NCBI GenBank assembly: GCA_965116735.1
Contig: OZ220712.1
Coordinates: 3,265,680-3,329,679, forward strand
Reading direction: 5' to 3'
DNA: 64,000 nt
DNA from: Thermodesulfobacteriota bacterium
GTDB taxonomy: Bacteria > Desulfobacterota > Binatia > UBA9968 > JAJDTQ01
In this document: in pieces, positions 1 through 8,875 of the stretch
Position numbering within the stretch: position 1 is the first letter of the stretch
How the letters are laid out: the number at the start of each line of letters is the position of its first letter
The notes under the pieces: generated by a model
The model's input: the letters and a program-made list of their open reading frames with translations, nothing else
The model's database searches: none
Told to the model about the DNA's origin: nothing
Position numbers and translations under genes: made by a program

Positions 1-1436
1 ACGATGACCACGATGGCCCCCAGCGGGAACAGCGTGAAGATCTCGCGGCCGTTGATCTCGGGCAGATCCTTGTACTTCTCGTTTGGGGGTCCCAGATAGA
101 CCCGCTGCATCATCCACAGCATGTAGCCGGCGGTGATGACGATGCCCAGGGCCGCGATGATGGTCAGGGCATGGTACTTGGGCCACGCCCCCAGCAGCAC
201 CAGCACCTCGGAGACGAAGCCCGATAGCCCCGGCAGCCCCATGGAGGCGAAGAACGCCAGCGCCGTGAAGCCGGCGTACACCGGCATGATGCCGGCAAGG
301 CCGCCGAAGCCGTTGATCTCGCGGTGATGGGCGCGGTCGTAGATGACGCCCACGAGCAGGAAGAGCATGGCGGTGATGGTGCCGTGGTTGAACATCTGCA
401 GCACCGCGCCGTTGATGCCCTGGGTGTTGAAGGCCGCCATCCCCAGCATGACGTAGCCCATGTGGCTGACGCTCGAGTAGGCCACCAGCTTCTTCATGTC
501 CGTCTGCGCCATGGCGCAGAGGCCGCCGTAGATGATGTTCCACGCGCCCAGCGCCGCCAGGAACCAGAACGCCAGGTCGGCGGTGGCCTCCGGCAGCATC
601 GGATAGTTGATGCGCAGGATGCCGTAGGTGCCCATCTTGAGGAGGATGCCCGCCAGGATCACGGAGATGGCGGTGGGCGCCTCCACGTGGGCGTCCGGCA
701 GCCAGGTGTGGAACGGGAACGCCGGGATCTTGATGGCGAAACCGATGAACAGCGCCATCCACACCACGTGCTGGAAGCCCCAGCCCCACACGTTGAACGG
801 CCACATGGCCAGCGGCGTGGTGCTGAAGAGGCTGCTCCGGTCCATGAGCTTGGTCATGTCGAAGGTGTTGGGCTCGGAGTAGAAGTACAGCGCCAGGATG
901 GCCACCAGCATGAGCACGCTGCCGAGCAGCGTGTAGAGGAAGAACTTGATGGCGGCATACTCCTTGCGCGGGCCGCCCCAGATGCCGATGAGGAAGTACA
1001 TGGGGAGCAGCATGACTTCCCAGAAGACATAGAAGAGCACGAAATCGAGCGCCACGAACACGCCGGTCATGCCGGTGTCCAGCAGCAGGAAAAGCGCGAA
1101 GTAACCCTTGACCCCCTTGTCGATGTTCCAGGAAGCGAAGATGCAGAGAAACGACAGCAACGCCGTCAGCAACAACATGGAGACGCTGAGGCCGTCGACG
1201 CCGACGTAGTACTCGATGTTGAACGCGGGGATCCAGGCGGCGCGCTCGACGAACTGCATGGAGGTGGTGGTGGTGTCGAAGTTGGCGTAGAGCCAGATCC
1301 CCAGAAGGAGCGGCGGCACCGTGGCGGCGGCCGACACCCAGCGGATGAGGTCGTGGCGGTCGCTCGGCAGGCACAGCACGACCAACATCCCGGCCAGGGG
1401 GATGAAGACCATGTAGCTCAGCACATGTTCGGTCAT
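1..1436 (-). CDS. nuoM: NADH-quinone oxidoreductase antiporter-like subunit M (partial; 3' end beyond window start)
   Basis: Minus-strand reading from ~1436 gives MTEHVLSYMVFIPLAGMLVVLCLP..., an antiporter-like subunit immediately downstream of nuoL in operon order; no stop before window edge. Confidence 0.75.
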   Translation of the reverse strand, partial: MTEHVLSYMVFIPLAGMLVVLCLPSDRHDLIRWVSAAATVPPLLLGIWLYANFDTTTTSMQFVERAAWIPAFNIEYYVGVDGLSVSMLLLTALLSFLCIFASWNIDKGVKGYFALFLLLDTGMTGVFVALDFVLFYVFWEVMLLPMYFLIGIWGGPRKEYAAIKFFLYTLLGSVLMLVAILALYFYSEPNTFDMTKLMDRSSLFSTTPLAMWPFNVWGWGFQHVVWMALFIGFAIKIPAFPFHTWLPDAHVEAPTAISVILAGILLKMGTYGILRINYPMLPEATADLAFWFLAALGAWNIIYGGLCAMAQTDMKKLVAYSSVSHMGYVMLGMAAFNTQGINGAVLQMFNHGTITAMLFLLVGVIYDRAHHREINGFGGLAGIMPVYAGFTALAFFASMGLPGLSGFVSEVLVLLGAWPKYHALTIIAALGIVITAGYMLWMMQRVYLGPPNEKYKDLPEINGREIFTLFPLGAIVVI

Positions 1437-1473
1437 TTTCGCTTCTCTCCTATCCGAATCTTTCCGGTCTGAC

Positions 1474-3504
1474 TCAGCTCCAGTAGCGCAGCTTGACGAT
1501 CAGGGCCACGACCACGGCTCCCACCACCACGTAGAGGTAGCTGTTGATGTTCCCGGTCTGGACCCTGCGGAAGTTGTTGCCTATCGCGAAGGTGACGTTG
1601 GCGACGGCGTTGACCAGCATGTCGACGACGTAGTTGTCGAACAGGCCGTTGAACCAGGAGATGATGGTGGTGAGCTTGGCCGATCCGTCCACGATGGTGT
1701 CGATGATGTAGCGGTCGAACGCCGCTCCGATCCGGGCGAACAGCAGGGTGCCGCCGACGAAGACGAACTGGTAGACCTCGTCCACGTAGTACTTGTTGTA
1801 GAGCAGGCGGTACGAGAACCCCTTGGCCTCGGGCGACTCGTCCCGGGACGGCGTCCGCATGTAGTAGAAGAAATACGCCAGCGCCACGCCCACGGCGGCG
1901 GCGATGATCGACACGCTCATGACGCCGATCTCCTCCGCCACGGAGTGGTGCGCGTGATGGGCGTGGATCACGGGATCGAGCCAGTGGTCGATCTGGCTGC
2001 CGCCCATGAACGCCGGCAGCCCGATATACCCGATGACGACCGAACCCGCGGCGAGGATCCACAGCGGGTAGGTCATGATCTTCGGCGACTCGTGCAGGTG
2101 CTCCTTCACGTGGTGGTCGGCGCGGCACTCGCCGAAGAACACCATGAAGAACTGGCGGAACATGTAGAAGGCGGTGAGGCCCGCGACGAACACCGCCACC
2201 GCCCAAAGCACCTCGTTGTGGGTGGCCCAGGCCTGCCACAGGATGGCGTCCTTGGAGAAGAAGCCGGCCAGGAACGGGGTCCCGGCGATGGCCAGCACGG
2301 CGATGGTGAAGGTCCAGAAGGTCGCCGGCATCGCCGTCCTCAGCCCGCCCATCTGCCGCATGTCCTGCTCCCCCTGCATGGCGTGGATGATGCTTCCGGA
2401 GCCCAGAAAAAGGCAGGCCTTGAAGAAGGCGTGCGTCAGCAGGTGAAAGATGCCGGCGGCGTAGGCGGCCACCCCCATGGCCAGGAACATGTAGCCGAGC
2501 TGGCTGATGGTGGAGTAGGCCAGCACGCGCTTGATGTCGGTTTGGGTCACGGCGATCGAGGCGGCAAGCAGCGCGGTGGCGGCGCCGACCACGGCGACGA
2601 TCCCCAGGGTCACGGGCGCCGCGGAGAATAGCACGTTCAGCCGGCCGATCATGTAGACGCCGGCCGTCACCATGGTGGCGGCGTGGATCAGCGCGCTCAC
2701 CGGGGTGGGGCCCTGCATGGCGTCCGGGAGCCAGACGTACAACGGTATCTGCGCGGACTTGCCGGTGGCGCCGATGAACAGCAGGAACGTTGCCACCGTC
2801 ACCACGCCGATGCCCCAGATCTCCATGTTGGCCAGCAGCCCGACGTGCTCCTCGATGCCGCGGAACGCCAGCGTCCCCTGCCCGTGCTGCGTCAGGCTCC
2901 AGTAGAGCAGGAAGATGCCCAGCACGAAGCCGAAGTCGCCGATGCGGTTGACGATGAACGCCTTGTTGCCGGCACGCGTGTTGGTGTGGTCGGTGTACCA
3001 GAAGCCGATGAGCGCCCACGAGCACAGCCCCACGCCCTCCCAGCCCACGAACATGAGCAGCAGGTTGTCGCCGGTCACCAGCAGCAGCATGGAGAAGGTG
3101 AACAGGTTCAGGTAGGCGAAGTACCGCCACATGGAGCGGTCGTCGTGCATGTAGCCGATGGAATAGAAGTGGATCAGTCCGCCGATGCCGCTCACCACCA
3201 GGATCATGATCGCCGACAGCGGGTCCACCCAGAACGCCACGTCGACGCTGAAAGAGCCCATGGGGATCCACGTGTAGAAGTGGTCGATGAGGAACCGCTC
3301 CTTGGCGGGCAGGGCGAGCAGCCGGCTGAAGGCCCACAGCGAGAACAGGAAGGACAGGGTCACCGGCGCGCAGGCGATGAAGGCCACCATGCGCTTGCCC
3401 GCGCGCTCCTGGATGCGCGCGCCCAAAAGGCCGTTCAGCGCCGCGCCCAGCAGCGGGAAGATCACGATCCAACGCAGAAAATCGGTCTGAACGGGGTTAT
3501 CCAT
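1474..3504 (-). CDS. nuoL: NADH-quinone oxidoreductase subunit L
   Basis: 676-aa ORF, multi-TM, characteristic NuoL N-terminus and length, sits between nuoK and nuoM. Confidence 0.9.
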   Translation of the reverse strand: MDNPVQTDFLRWIVIFPLLGAALNGLLGARIQERAGKRMVAFIACAPVTLSFLFSLWAFSRLLALPAKERFLIDHFYTWIPMGSFSVDVAFWVDPLSAIMILVVSGIGGLIHFYSIGYMHDDRSMWRYFAYLNLFTFSMLLLVTGDNLLLMFVGWEGVGLCSWALIGFWYTDHTNTRAGNKAFIVNRIGDFGFVLGIFLLYWSLTQHGQGTLAFRGIEEHVGLLANMEIWGIGVVTVATFLLFIGATGKSAQIPLYVWLPDAMQGPTPVSALIHAATMVTAGVYMIGRLNVLFSAAPVTLGIVAVVGAATALLAASIAVTQTDIKRVLAYSTISQLGYMFLAMGVAAYAAGIFHLLTHAFFKACLFLGSGSIIHAMQGEQDMRQMGGLRTAMPATFWTFTIAVLAIAGTPFLAGFFSKDAILWQAWATHNEVLWAVAVFVAGLTAFYMFRQFFMVFFGECRADHHVKEHLHESPKIMTYPLWILAAGSVVIGYIGLPAFMGGSQIDHWLDPVIHAHHAHHSVAEEIGVMSVSIIAAAVGVALAYFFYYMRTPSRDESPEAKGFSYRLLYNKYYVDEVYQFVFVGGTLLFARIGAAFDRYIIDTIVDGSAKLTTIISWFNGLFDNYVVDMLVNAVANVTFAIGNNFRRVQTGNINSYLYVVVGAVVVALIVKLRYWS

Positions 3505-3540
3505 ACGAAGCTACTCGTGCAGGTGAATACCGATTGAATA

Positions 3541-3873
3541 CTAGTCCTTGAGCGTCTCGGTGGCCTCGACGTCGATGGTGCTGAAGAGCTGGTAGATGGC
3601 GAGGACGATGGCCAGGCCGATGGCGGCCTCGGAAGCCGCCAGCATGATGATGAACACGGTGTAGATCTGCCCGTCCACCTGTCCGGTGCTGAAGTGCGAG
3701 AAGGCGACGTAGTTCAGTCCCGCCGAGTTGAGGATCAGCTCCACGCCGAGAAGAATGGCGATGGCGTTGCGCCGGGTGAGGACGATGTAGATGCCCAGCG
3801 CGAACAGGATGCCCGCCACCGCCAGGTAGTGTTCCAGTCCGACGTTCGTCAGGTTTGCAAGGTGTACAGCCAT
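3541..3873 (-). CDS. nuoK: NADH-quinone oxidoreductase subunit K
   Basis: ~110 aa three-TM protein MAVHLANLTNVGLEHYLAVAGILF...; track ORF begins at a TTG 9 nt upstream, ATG start chosen. Confidence 0.85.
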   Translation of the reverse strand: MAVHLANLTNVGLEHYLAVAGILFALGIYIVLTRRNAIAILLGVELILNSAGLNYVAFSHFSTGQVDGQIYTVFIIMLAASEAAIGLAIVLAIYQLFSTIDVEATETLKD

Positions 3874-3890
3874 CTTTCGCAATCGGGTGC

Positions 3891-3915
3891 GGGCGGGTTT
3901 GAAACCCGCCCCTAC
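3891..3915. repeat. REP-like palindrome gggcgggtttgaaacccgcccctac
   Basis: Exact 25-mer in the nuoK-nuoJ gap. Confidence 0.8.
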
Positions 3916-3916
3916 G

Positions 3917-4423
3917 TTATTCCTTGATTTCCTTGCGCGACAGCGTGATGGCGCCGATGAGGGCCACCAGCAGCACCACCGCGGCGATCTGGAACGGCAG
4001 CAGGTAATCGCCCAGGAAGAGGTTGCCGATGGACGCCGTGGTGGGCGCGAACGCCACTTCCTTCACCCTCGCCCAGTCGGTCTCGCCGATGGCGTAGACC
4101 AGGATGCCCAGGAACACCGCCGTCGCCACCAGCGCGGGAATGCGGCCCACCGTGCGGTTGGTGATGTCGATGTCGCTGATCCGGTGGGTCAGCATGACCG
4201 CGAACAGGATCAGCACCAGGATGCCGCCGACGTAGATCAGCACCTGCACCGCCGCCACGAAGTCGGCCCCGAGGAAGACGTAGAGCCCGGCCACGCCGCC
4301 GAAGGTGCCCAGCAGCGAGAACGCCGAATGCACGATGTTGCGCGAAAACGCCACGATGCAGGCCGACCCCACCACCACGAGGGAAACCAGATAGAAGATG
4401 AGAACGTCTATGGAAATCTCCAT
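3917..4423 (-). CDS. nuoJ: NADH-quinone oxidoreductase subunit J
   Basis: MEISIDVLIFYLVSL... resembles NuoJ N-terminus; track ORF starts at upstream GTG, internal ATG chosen. Confidence 0.85.
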   Translation of the reverse strand: MEISIDVLIFYLVSLVVVGSACIVAFSRNIVHSAFSLLGTFGGVAGLYVFLGADFVAAVQVLIYVGGILVLILFAVMLTHRISDIDITNRTVGRIPALVATAVFLGILVYAIGETDWARVKEVAFAPTTASIGNLFLGDYLLPFQIAAVVLLVALIGAITLSRKEIKE

Positions 4424-4483
4424 GATCAAAACCACCCTTTAGATGGGAGGACGAGCGGCCCGTATCACACGAATCGGGCCACG

Positions 4484-4644
4484 AGTGTGGTGTCTCGTTA
4501 GTGCGTCAATGAATCTGCTGGTCTTTTTCGCCGTCGGCTGCGTTGCTCTTCCTCGCGTGGTGCCCGCCACTGCTCGTCATCGCGCCTTGCCGACAACGAA
4601 AAATCCTGCGCATCTTCATCAACGCACTAACGAGACACCACACT
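4484..4644. mobile_element. MITE-like element (IS630-related terminal inverted repeats, conserved 70-nt core)
   Basis: Perfect 22-bp TIR agtgtggtgtctcgttagtgcg at both ends; core ggcaaggcgcgatgacgagcagtggcgggcaccacgcgaggaagagcaacgcagccgacggcgaaaaaga (reverse orientation) identical to the copies at 44.2 and 51.8 kb; lies in the nuoJ-nuoI gap. Confidence 0.6.
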
Positions 4645-4723
4645 AGAGAGTTGCGCCGCGGCGGGGGGCCAGGAGCCTGTCCGACGAGATAGTCTCGCGA
4701 ATCCTGACATGCCCTGCGGGCCG

Positions 4724-5263
4724 TCAGTTTTCCGGCTCGGCTATCTCGTCCATGTACGTCTTTCCGATATCCACCTTCTGAATCATCCGGGGTTCCGTCT
4801 CCCCGCCCTTCTTCGGCTTGTAGAGAGGCACCTTCTCGGTGATGAAGTGCCGCACAAGACCGGCGGGGTTGTTGCACGCGCCCTCGAACTCCTGCGTGTG
4901 ACGGATGGATCCCGTGGGGCAGGCCTCCATGCAGAGCCCGCAATACATGCACTTGCAGATGTCGATGTCGAACAGCGTGAAGTCGCGCTGCTTGGTCTCG
5001 GCGTTCATCTCGATGCCGATGGCGATGCAGTTGATGGGGCACACCCGCTCGCACGCCAGGCAGCCCGTGCAGATGTCCATGTCGACCTCTAGGATGCCGC
5101 GGTAGCGGAGCGGCAGGGTCTCCTGCACCTGCGTGGCGATGCGGTCGGGGTACTGGACGGTCGACGGCTTGCGGACGAAGTGGGAGAACGTGATGGTCAT
5201 CCCCTCGAAGATGCTCCGCACCGTGTCCCTGACGTTCTGACAGTATTCGATGATTCCGTTCAT
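4724..5263 (-). CDS. nuoI: NADH-quinone oxidoreductase subunit I (2x[4Fe-4S] ferredoxin)
   Basis: Two CxxCxxCxxxCP motifs (CTGCLACERVCP, CMYCGLCMEACP); 179 aa; in operon position. Confidence 0.9.
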   Translation of the reverse strand: MNGIIEYCQNVRDTVRSIFEGMTITFSHFVRKPSTVQYPDRIATQVQETLPLRYRGILEVDMDICTGCLACERVCPINCIAIGIEMNAETKQRDFTLFDIDICKCMYCGLCMEACPTGSIRHTQEFEGACNNPAGLVRHFITEKVPLYKPKKGGETEPRMIQKVDIGKTYMDEIAEPEN

Positions 5264-5297
5264 GGCGTTTCCCCGTGCCGCTTGTCGGTCGTTTCCC

Positions 5298-6503
5298 CTA
5301 CACGTACGGCTTGAGATAGAGGGTGGGGCGCGAGTGCATGATCTGGTAGACCACCCGCCAGATGAAATAAAGCACGACGAGGCACGACACCGCCAGCGTG
5401 GCCATGGTCAGGGCGAAGTTTCCTTCGGGCCAGATCACCAGCAGCACGATGGTGCCGAACAGGCAGATGAACGACATGGGCACCATGTACTTCCAGCACA
5501 TGGCCATGAGCTGGTCCACCCGCACGCGCGGCAGGGTGCCGCGCACCCACATGGCGACGAAGGCCCAGAAGTAGGCCTTGACGAAGAACACCGCGAACTC
5601 CAGCACGCCCTTGAGCAGCGGGTGCTCGGCCATGGTGACGCCGAAGATCGTCGCCGGTATCTGCCAGCCGCCGAGGAACAGCGTCGCCGCGATGGCGCCG
5701 ATGACGTACAGGTTGCCCCACTCCGCGAAGAAGAAGAACAGGAAGCGCATGCCGCTGTACTCGGTCACGTAGCCGGCCACCAGCTCGGACTCGGCCTCCG
5801 GAATGTCGAACGGCGTGCGGTTTCCCTCGGCCAGCGCCGCGGTGAAGAACAGGAAGAAGGCCACCAGCGTGAAGGGGTTGTAGAAGATGAACCAGTCCCA
5901 CGGCGCCCATCCCTGGGCCTTGATGATGCCCTGCATGCTGAGGGTCCCGGACAGGAAGATCACGGTCAGCACCGCCACCCCGGCGGGTATCTCGTAGCTG
6001 ACGATCTGGGCGGCCGAGCGCATGCCCCCCAGCAGCGACCACTTGTTGTTGGACGACCAGCCCGCCATCAGGATTCCCACCACCACCAGGGAGGTAATGG
6101 CCAGCAGGTAGAGGATGCCGATGTTCAAGTCGGCGGGTATCAGCCAGCTTCCGAAGGGAATGACGACGAAGGCGCCGAGGAACCCCGAGAAGACGATATA
6201 AGGCGCCAGGAGGAACAGCTTCCTGTCGGCCGACGCCGGGATGATGTCCTCTTTCTGGATGTTCTTGACCCCGTCCGCCAGCCACTGAAGAATTCCCTGC
6301 GGGCCTACCCGGTTGGGGCCCACCCGGGACTGCATGCGCGCCCACACGCGCCGCTCGAGCCAGCTCGTCACGCCTGCCAGCGGCGCCACGAAGAACGACA
6401 GCACGGCGAAGGCCACCGCCACCGCCGCCAGGGCATAGCCCAAGGCCGCCGGGACGGCACCCGGCAACAACGTCGCGATCAGGTCTTGTACGGTAAAGTC
6501 CAT
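5298..6503 (-). CDS. nuoH: NADH-quinone oxidoreductase subunit H
   Basis: 401-aa polytopic membrane protein, NuoH/ND1-like, in operon position. Confidence 0.9.
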   Translation of the reverse strand: MDFTVQDLIATLLPGAVPAALGYALAAVAVAFAVLSFFVAPLAGVTSWLERRVWARMQSRVGPNRVGPQGILQWLADGVKNIQKEDIIPASADRKLFLLAPYIVFSGFLGAFVVIPFGSWLIPADLNIGILYLLAITSLVVVGILMAGWSSNNKWSLLGGMRSAAQIVSYEIPAGVAVLTVIFLSGTLSMQGIIKAQGWAPWDWFIFYNPFTLVAFFLFFTAALAEGNRTPFDIPEAESELVAGYVTEYSGMRFLFFFFAEWGNLYVIGAIAATLFLGGWQIPATIFGVTMAEHPLLKGVLEFAVFFVKAYFWAFVAMWVRGTLPRVRVDQLMAMCWKYMVPMSFICLFGTIVLLVIWPEGNFALTMATLAVSCLVVLYFIWRVVYQIMHSRPTLYLKPYV

Positions 6504-6521
6504 CTACACTGCCTATCGTGC

Positions 6522-7658
6522 CTATCGGTCGATCTCGGGGGCGTCCACGTCGAGGCTCGCGATCAGCGCGATGAGATCCGCGACCATGATGCCCGGGCTG
6601 ATCTTGTCGATGATGCTCATGGCGGTGAACGAGCCGGTGCGGATCCTCACCCGGTAGGGGTACTCGCTGCCGTCGCTGACCACGTAGTAACCCATGTCGC
6701 CGCGCGGCGCCTCGATGCGCACGTAGGTCTCGCCGGCGGGCGGCTTGAACTTGCGCGCCACCTTGGCGACGGCCGGGCCGTCGGGCATCTTGTCGAGGCA
6801 CTGGCGCAGGATCTTGCAGCTCTCCATCAGCTCGCGGATGCGCACGTAATAACGGTCGTAGGAGTCGCCGAGGGTCCCGCGCTCGCCGCGACCCACAGGC
6901 ACCTCGAAGTCGAGATCGGGATAGACCGAGTAGGGGATGTCCCGTCGGATGTCCCACTGGACGCCGGAGGCCCGCAGGTTGGGACCCACGAGGTTGTACT
7001 GGAGCGCGTCCTCCTTGGAGATCACCGCGACGTTGGCCAGCCGCTCGATGAAGATCTTGTTGTACGAAAGGAGCCGGTTGTACTCGTCGACGATGGGCTC
7101 GAAATGGTCCAGGAACGCGGTGATCCGCGCACAGGTTTCGGGCTTGATGTCGTAGCCGACGCCGCCGATCCGCAGGTAGTTGTAGGTGAGGCGGGCGCCG
7201 CAGATCTCCTCCATCAGGTCGTTGATGCTCTCCCGCTCCCGAAGCGCGTGCAGGAAGGGGGTGATGGCGCCGATGTCCTGCCCGAAGGTGCCCACCGCGA
7301 TCAGGTGGCTGGCGACGCGGTTCAACTCGCAGGCGATCACCCGGCAGTATTCGCCCCGCGGCGGCACCTCGACGTTGCCAAGCCGCTCCGCCGCCATGCA
7401 GAAGCCCTGGTTGGCGAACATGGCGGCGAGGTAGTCGGCGCGGTCGGTGTAGGGGACGTAGCCGTGCCACGTGCACTTCTCGCCGATCTTCTCGATGGAG
7501 CGGTGCAGGTAGCCGACGTCGGGGATGGCCTCGTTGATGACCTCGCCGTCGGTCTTGACCACGAACCGCAGCACCCCATGGGTGCTCGGATGCTGCGGCC
7601 CCACGTTCAGGGTCATGTCTTCGGTGTGCAGGCCGGTGCGTTCGGCAACCTCAGCCAT
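6522..7658 (-). CDS. nuoD: NADH-quinone oxidoreductase subunit D (49 kDa)
   Basis: [31 protein letters not shown]... is the canonical NuoD N-terminus; 378 aa. Confidence 0.9.
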   Translation of the reverse strand: MAEVAERTGLHTEDMTLNVGPQHPSTHGVLRFVVKTDGEVINEAIPDVGYLHRSIEKIGEKCTWHGYVPYTDRADYLAAMFANQGFCMAAERLGNVEVPPRGEYCRVIACELNRVASHLIAVGTFGQDIGAITPFLHALRERESINDLMEEICGARLTYNYLRIGGVGYDIKPETCARITAFLDHFEPIVDEYNRLLSYNKIFIERLANVAVISKEDALQYNLVGPNLRASGVQWDIRRDIPYSVYPDLDFEVPVGRGERGTLGDSYDRYYVRIRELMESCKILRQCLDKMPDGPAVAKVARKFKPPAGETYVRIEAPRGDMGYYVVSDGSEYPYRVRIRTGSFTAMSIIDKISPGIMVADLIALIASLDVDAPEIDR

Positions 7659-7689
7659 GATGTCCTTCCTTCGTCAACGACCCGGACGC

Positions 7690-7714
7690 GGGCGGGTTTG
7701 AAACCCGCCCCTAC
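7690..7714. repeat. REP-like palindrome gggcgggtttgaaacccgcccctac
   Basis: Exact 25-mer in the nuoD-nuoC gap. Confidence 0.8.
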
Positions 7715-7745
7715 AATTCGACCGCGGCACTCTGCCGCGACCCGT

Positions 7746-8252
7746 CTAGCGCATGTTCTCCGGGACCAGCGGCTCGCGCTCGGTGCTGATGCCGTCGTAC
7801 TCTTCCTGCTCCACGAAGTCCTTGCGCAGGGGATAGCCCACCCAGTCCTCGGGCAGCAGGATGCGCCGCAGGTCCGAATGCCCTTCGAAGACGACCCCGA
7901 AGAGATCGAACACTTCGCGCTCGAACCAGTTGGCCACCTTCCAGACGTCCTCGACCGTGGCGATCCGCGAAGCGTCCCGGTCCACGTCGGCCTTGAACAC
8001 GATCTGTTGCGGGGGCTCGTAGGAGTACAGATGGTAGACCACCTGGATGACGTTCTCGACGGGAAGATCCACCGCGGTCAGGTCGGAAAGCACGCTGAAC
8101 TTGAGCGCTCCGTCGTCCCGCAACGCCAGGCACACTTCCTTGAGGTTGGCCGCGTTGACCTTGAAGAACGGGTCCAGACACTCTTCATCGAGGTCGGTGG
8201 CGGCGCCGGGGCAAAGCTCGTTCACGCGCTCGAATATCTCTTTTGCCGTCAT
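7746..8252 (-). CDS. nuoC: NADH-quinone oxidoreductase subunit C (30 kDa)
   Basis: 168 aa, NuoC-like (…FDLFGVVFEGHSDLRRILLPEDWVGYPLRKD); directly follows nuoA with only 44 bp between them, so no nuoB. Confidence 0.85.
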   Translation of the reverse strand: MTAKEIFERVNELCPGAATDLDEECLDPFFKVNAANLKEVCLALRDDGALKFSVLSDLTAVDLPVENVIQVVYHLYSYEPPQQIVFKADVDRDASRIATVEDVWKVANWFEREVFDLFGVVFEGHSDLRRILLPEDWVGYPLRKDFVEQEEYDGISTEREPLVPENMR

Positions 8253-8295
8253 GTCGTCGTTACCTGCCTGGTGGCCCGACCGTCGCAGCCGTCGC

Positions 8296-8673
8296 CTAGC
8301 TCTTCACCCACTCCAGGTCGCCCTTGCACCAGTCGTAGATGAGGCCAAGGAACACGATGAGGGTGAAGACGGCGATGGCGCCGAACGCGAACAGTCCGGC
8401 GTCGTTCTGAAGCCAGTCGCGGAACACCACCGCCACCGGGAAGATGAAGGCGATCTCCACCTCGAAGATGATGAAGATCAGGGCGATGAAGTAGAACCGG
8501 ACGTTGAAGTTGACCCACGCGCTCCCGGAGGCCGGCTCGCCGCACTCGTAGGTGGAGAGCTTGCGGAGCTGGGGGTTGGAAGGCCGCAGCAGGCGGCCGA
8601 TCAACAGGTTCACCCAGACGAAGGCCGCACCCAACAACGTGAATACCAGCACGCTGGCGAAGTCAAAAAGCAT
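8296..8673 (-). CDS. nuoA: NADH-quinone oxidoreductase subunit A
   Basis: 125-aa three-TM protein with the conserved YECGE motif; AT-rich promoter region upstream (8680-8810). Confidence 0.85.
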   Translation of the reverse strand: MLFDFASVLVFTLLGAAFVWVNLLIGRLLRPSNPQLRKLSTYECGEPASGSAWVNFNVRFYFIALIFIIFEVEIAFIFPVAVVFRDWLQNDAGLFAFGAIAVFTLIVFLGLIYDWCKGDLEWVKS

Positions 8674-8875
8674 GGTTCCTCGGGTAAGATAAAGAAATCA
8701 ATAACCTTTTGCAGTCGGTCCCTATATACACACAAAAGCCGTTGCCGGTCAACAAACCGGCCCGCGCTGCCCGCCCCGGCATCCTTACACTGCCCAACCA
8801 TTCCTGTTACCTTATCCCGTGCTTGGCGTCGACCGGCACGACACGGGAAAGATCAAACCGGGAGAGATCAAACGC

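Noticed and set aside
324-1472. 382-aa plus-strand ORF, and similar long plus-strand ORFs (628..882, 1945..2631, 2683..3537)
   Set aside because: Antisense to nuoM/nuoL; low-complexity Arg/Gly/Asp/His-rich translations typical of GC-rich antisense frames
4506-5054. 182-aa minus ORF, 43191..44333 plus ORF and 51718..51921 ORF sharing the peptide RRQGAMTSSGGHHARKSNAADGEKD
   Set aside because: The shared peptide is a by-product of the conserved MITE core; the ORFs otherwise overlap nuoI or atpA in wrong frames
5250-8342. 1030-aa plus-strand ORF and 738-aa minus-strand ORF (5260..7476)
   Set aside because: Overlap the well-supported nuoH/nuoD/nuoC genes in other frames; repetitive RG-rich composition; artefacts of high GC
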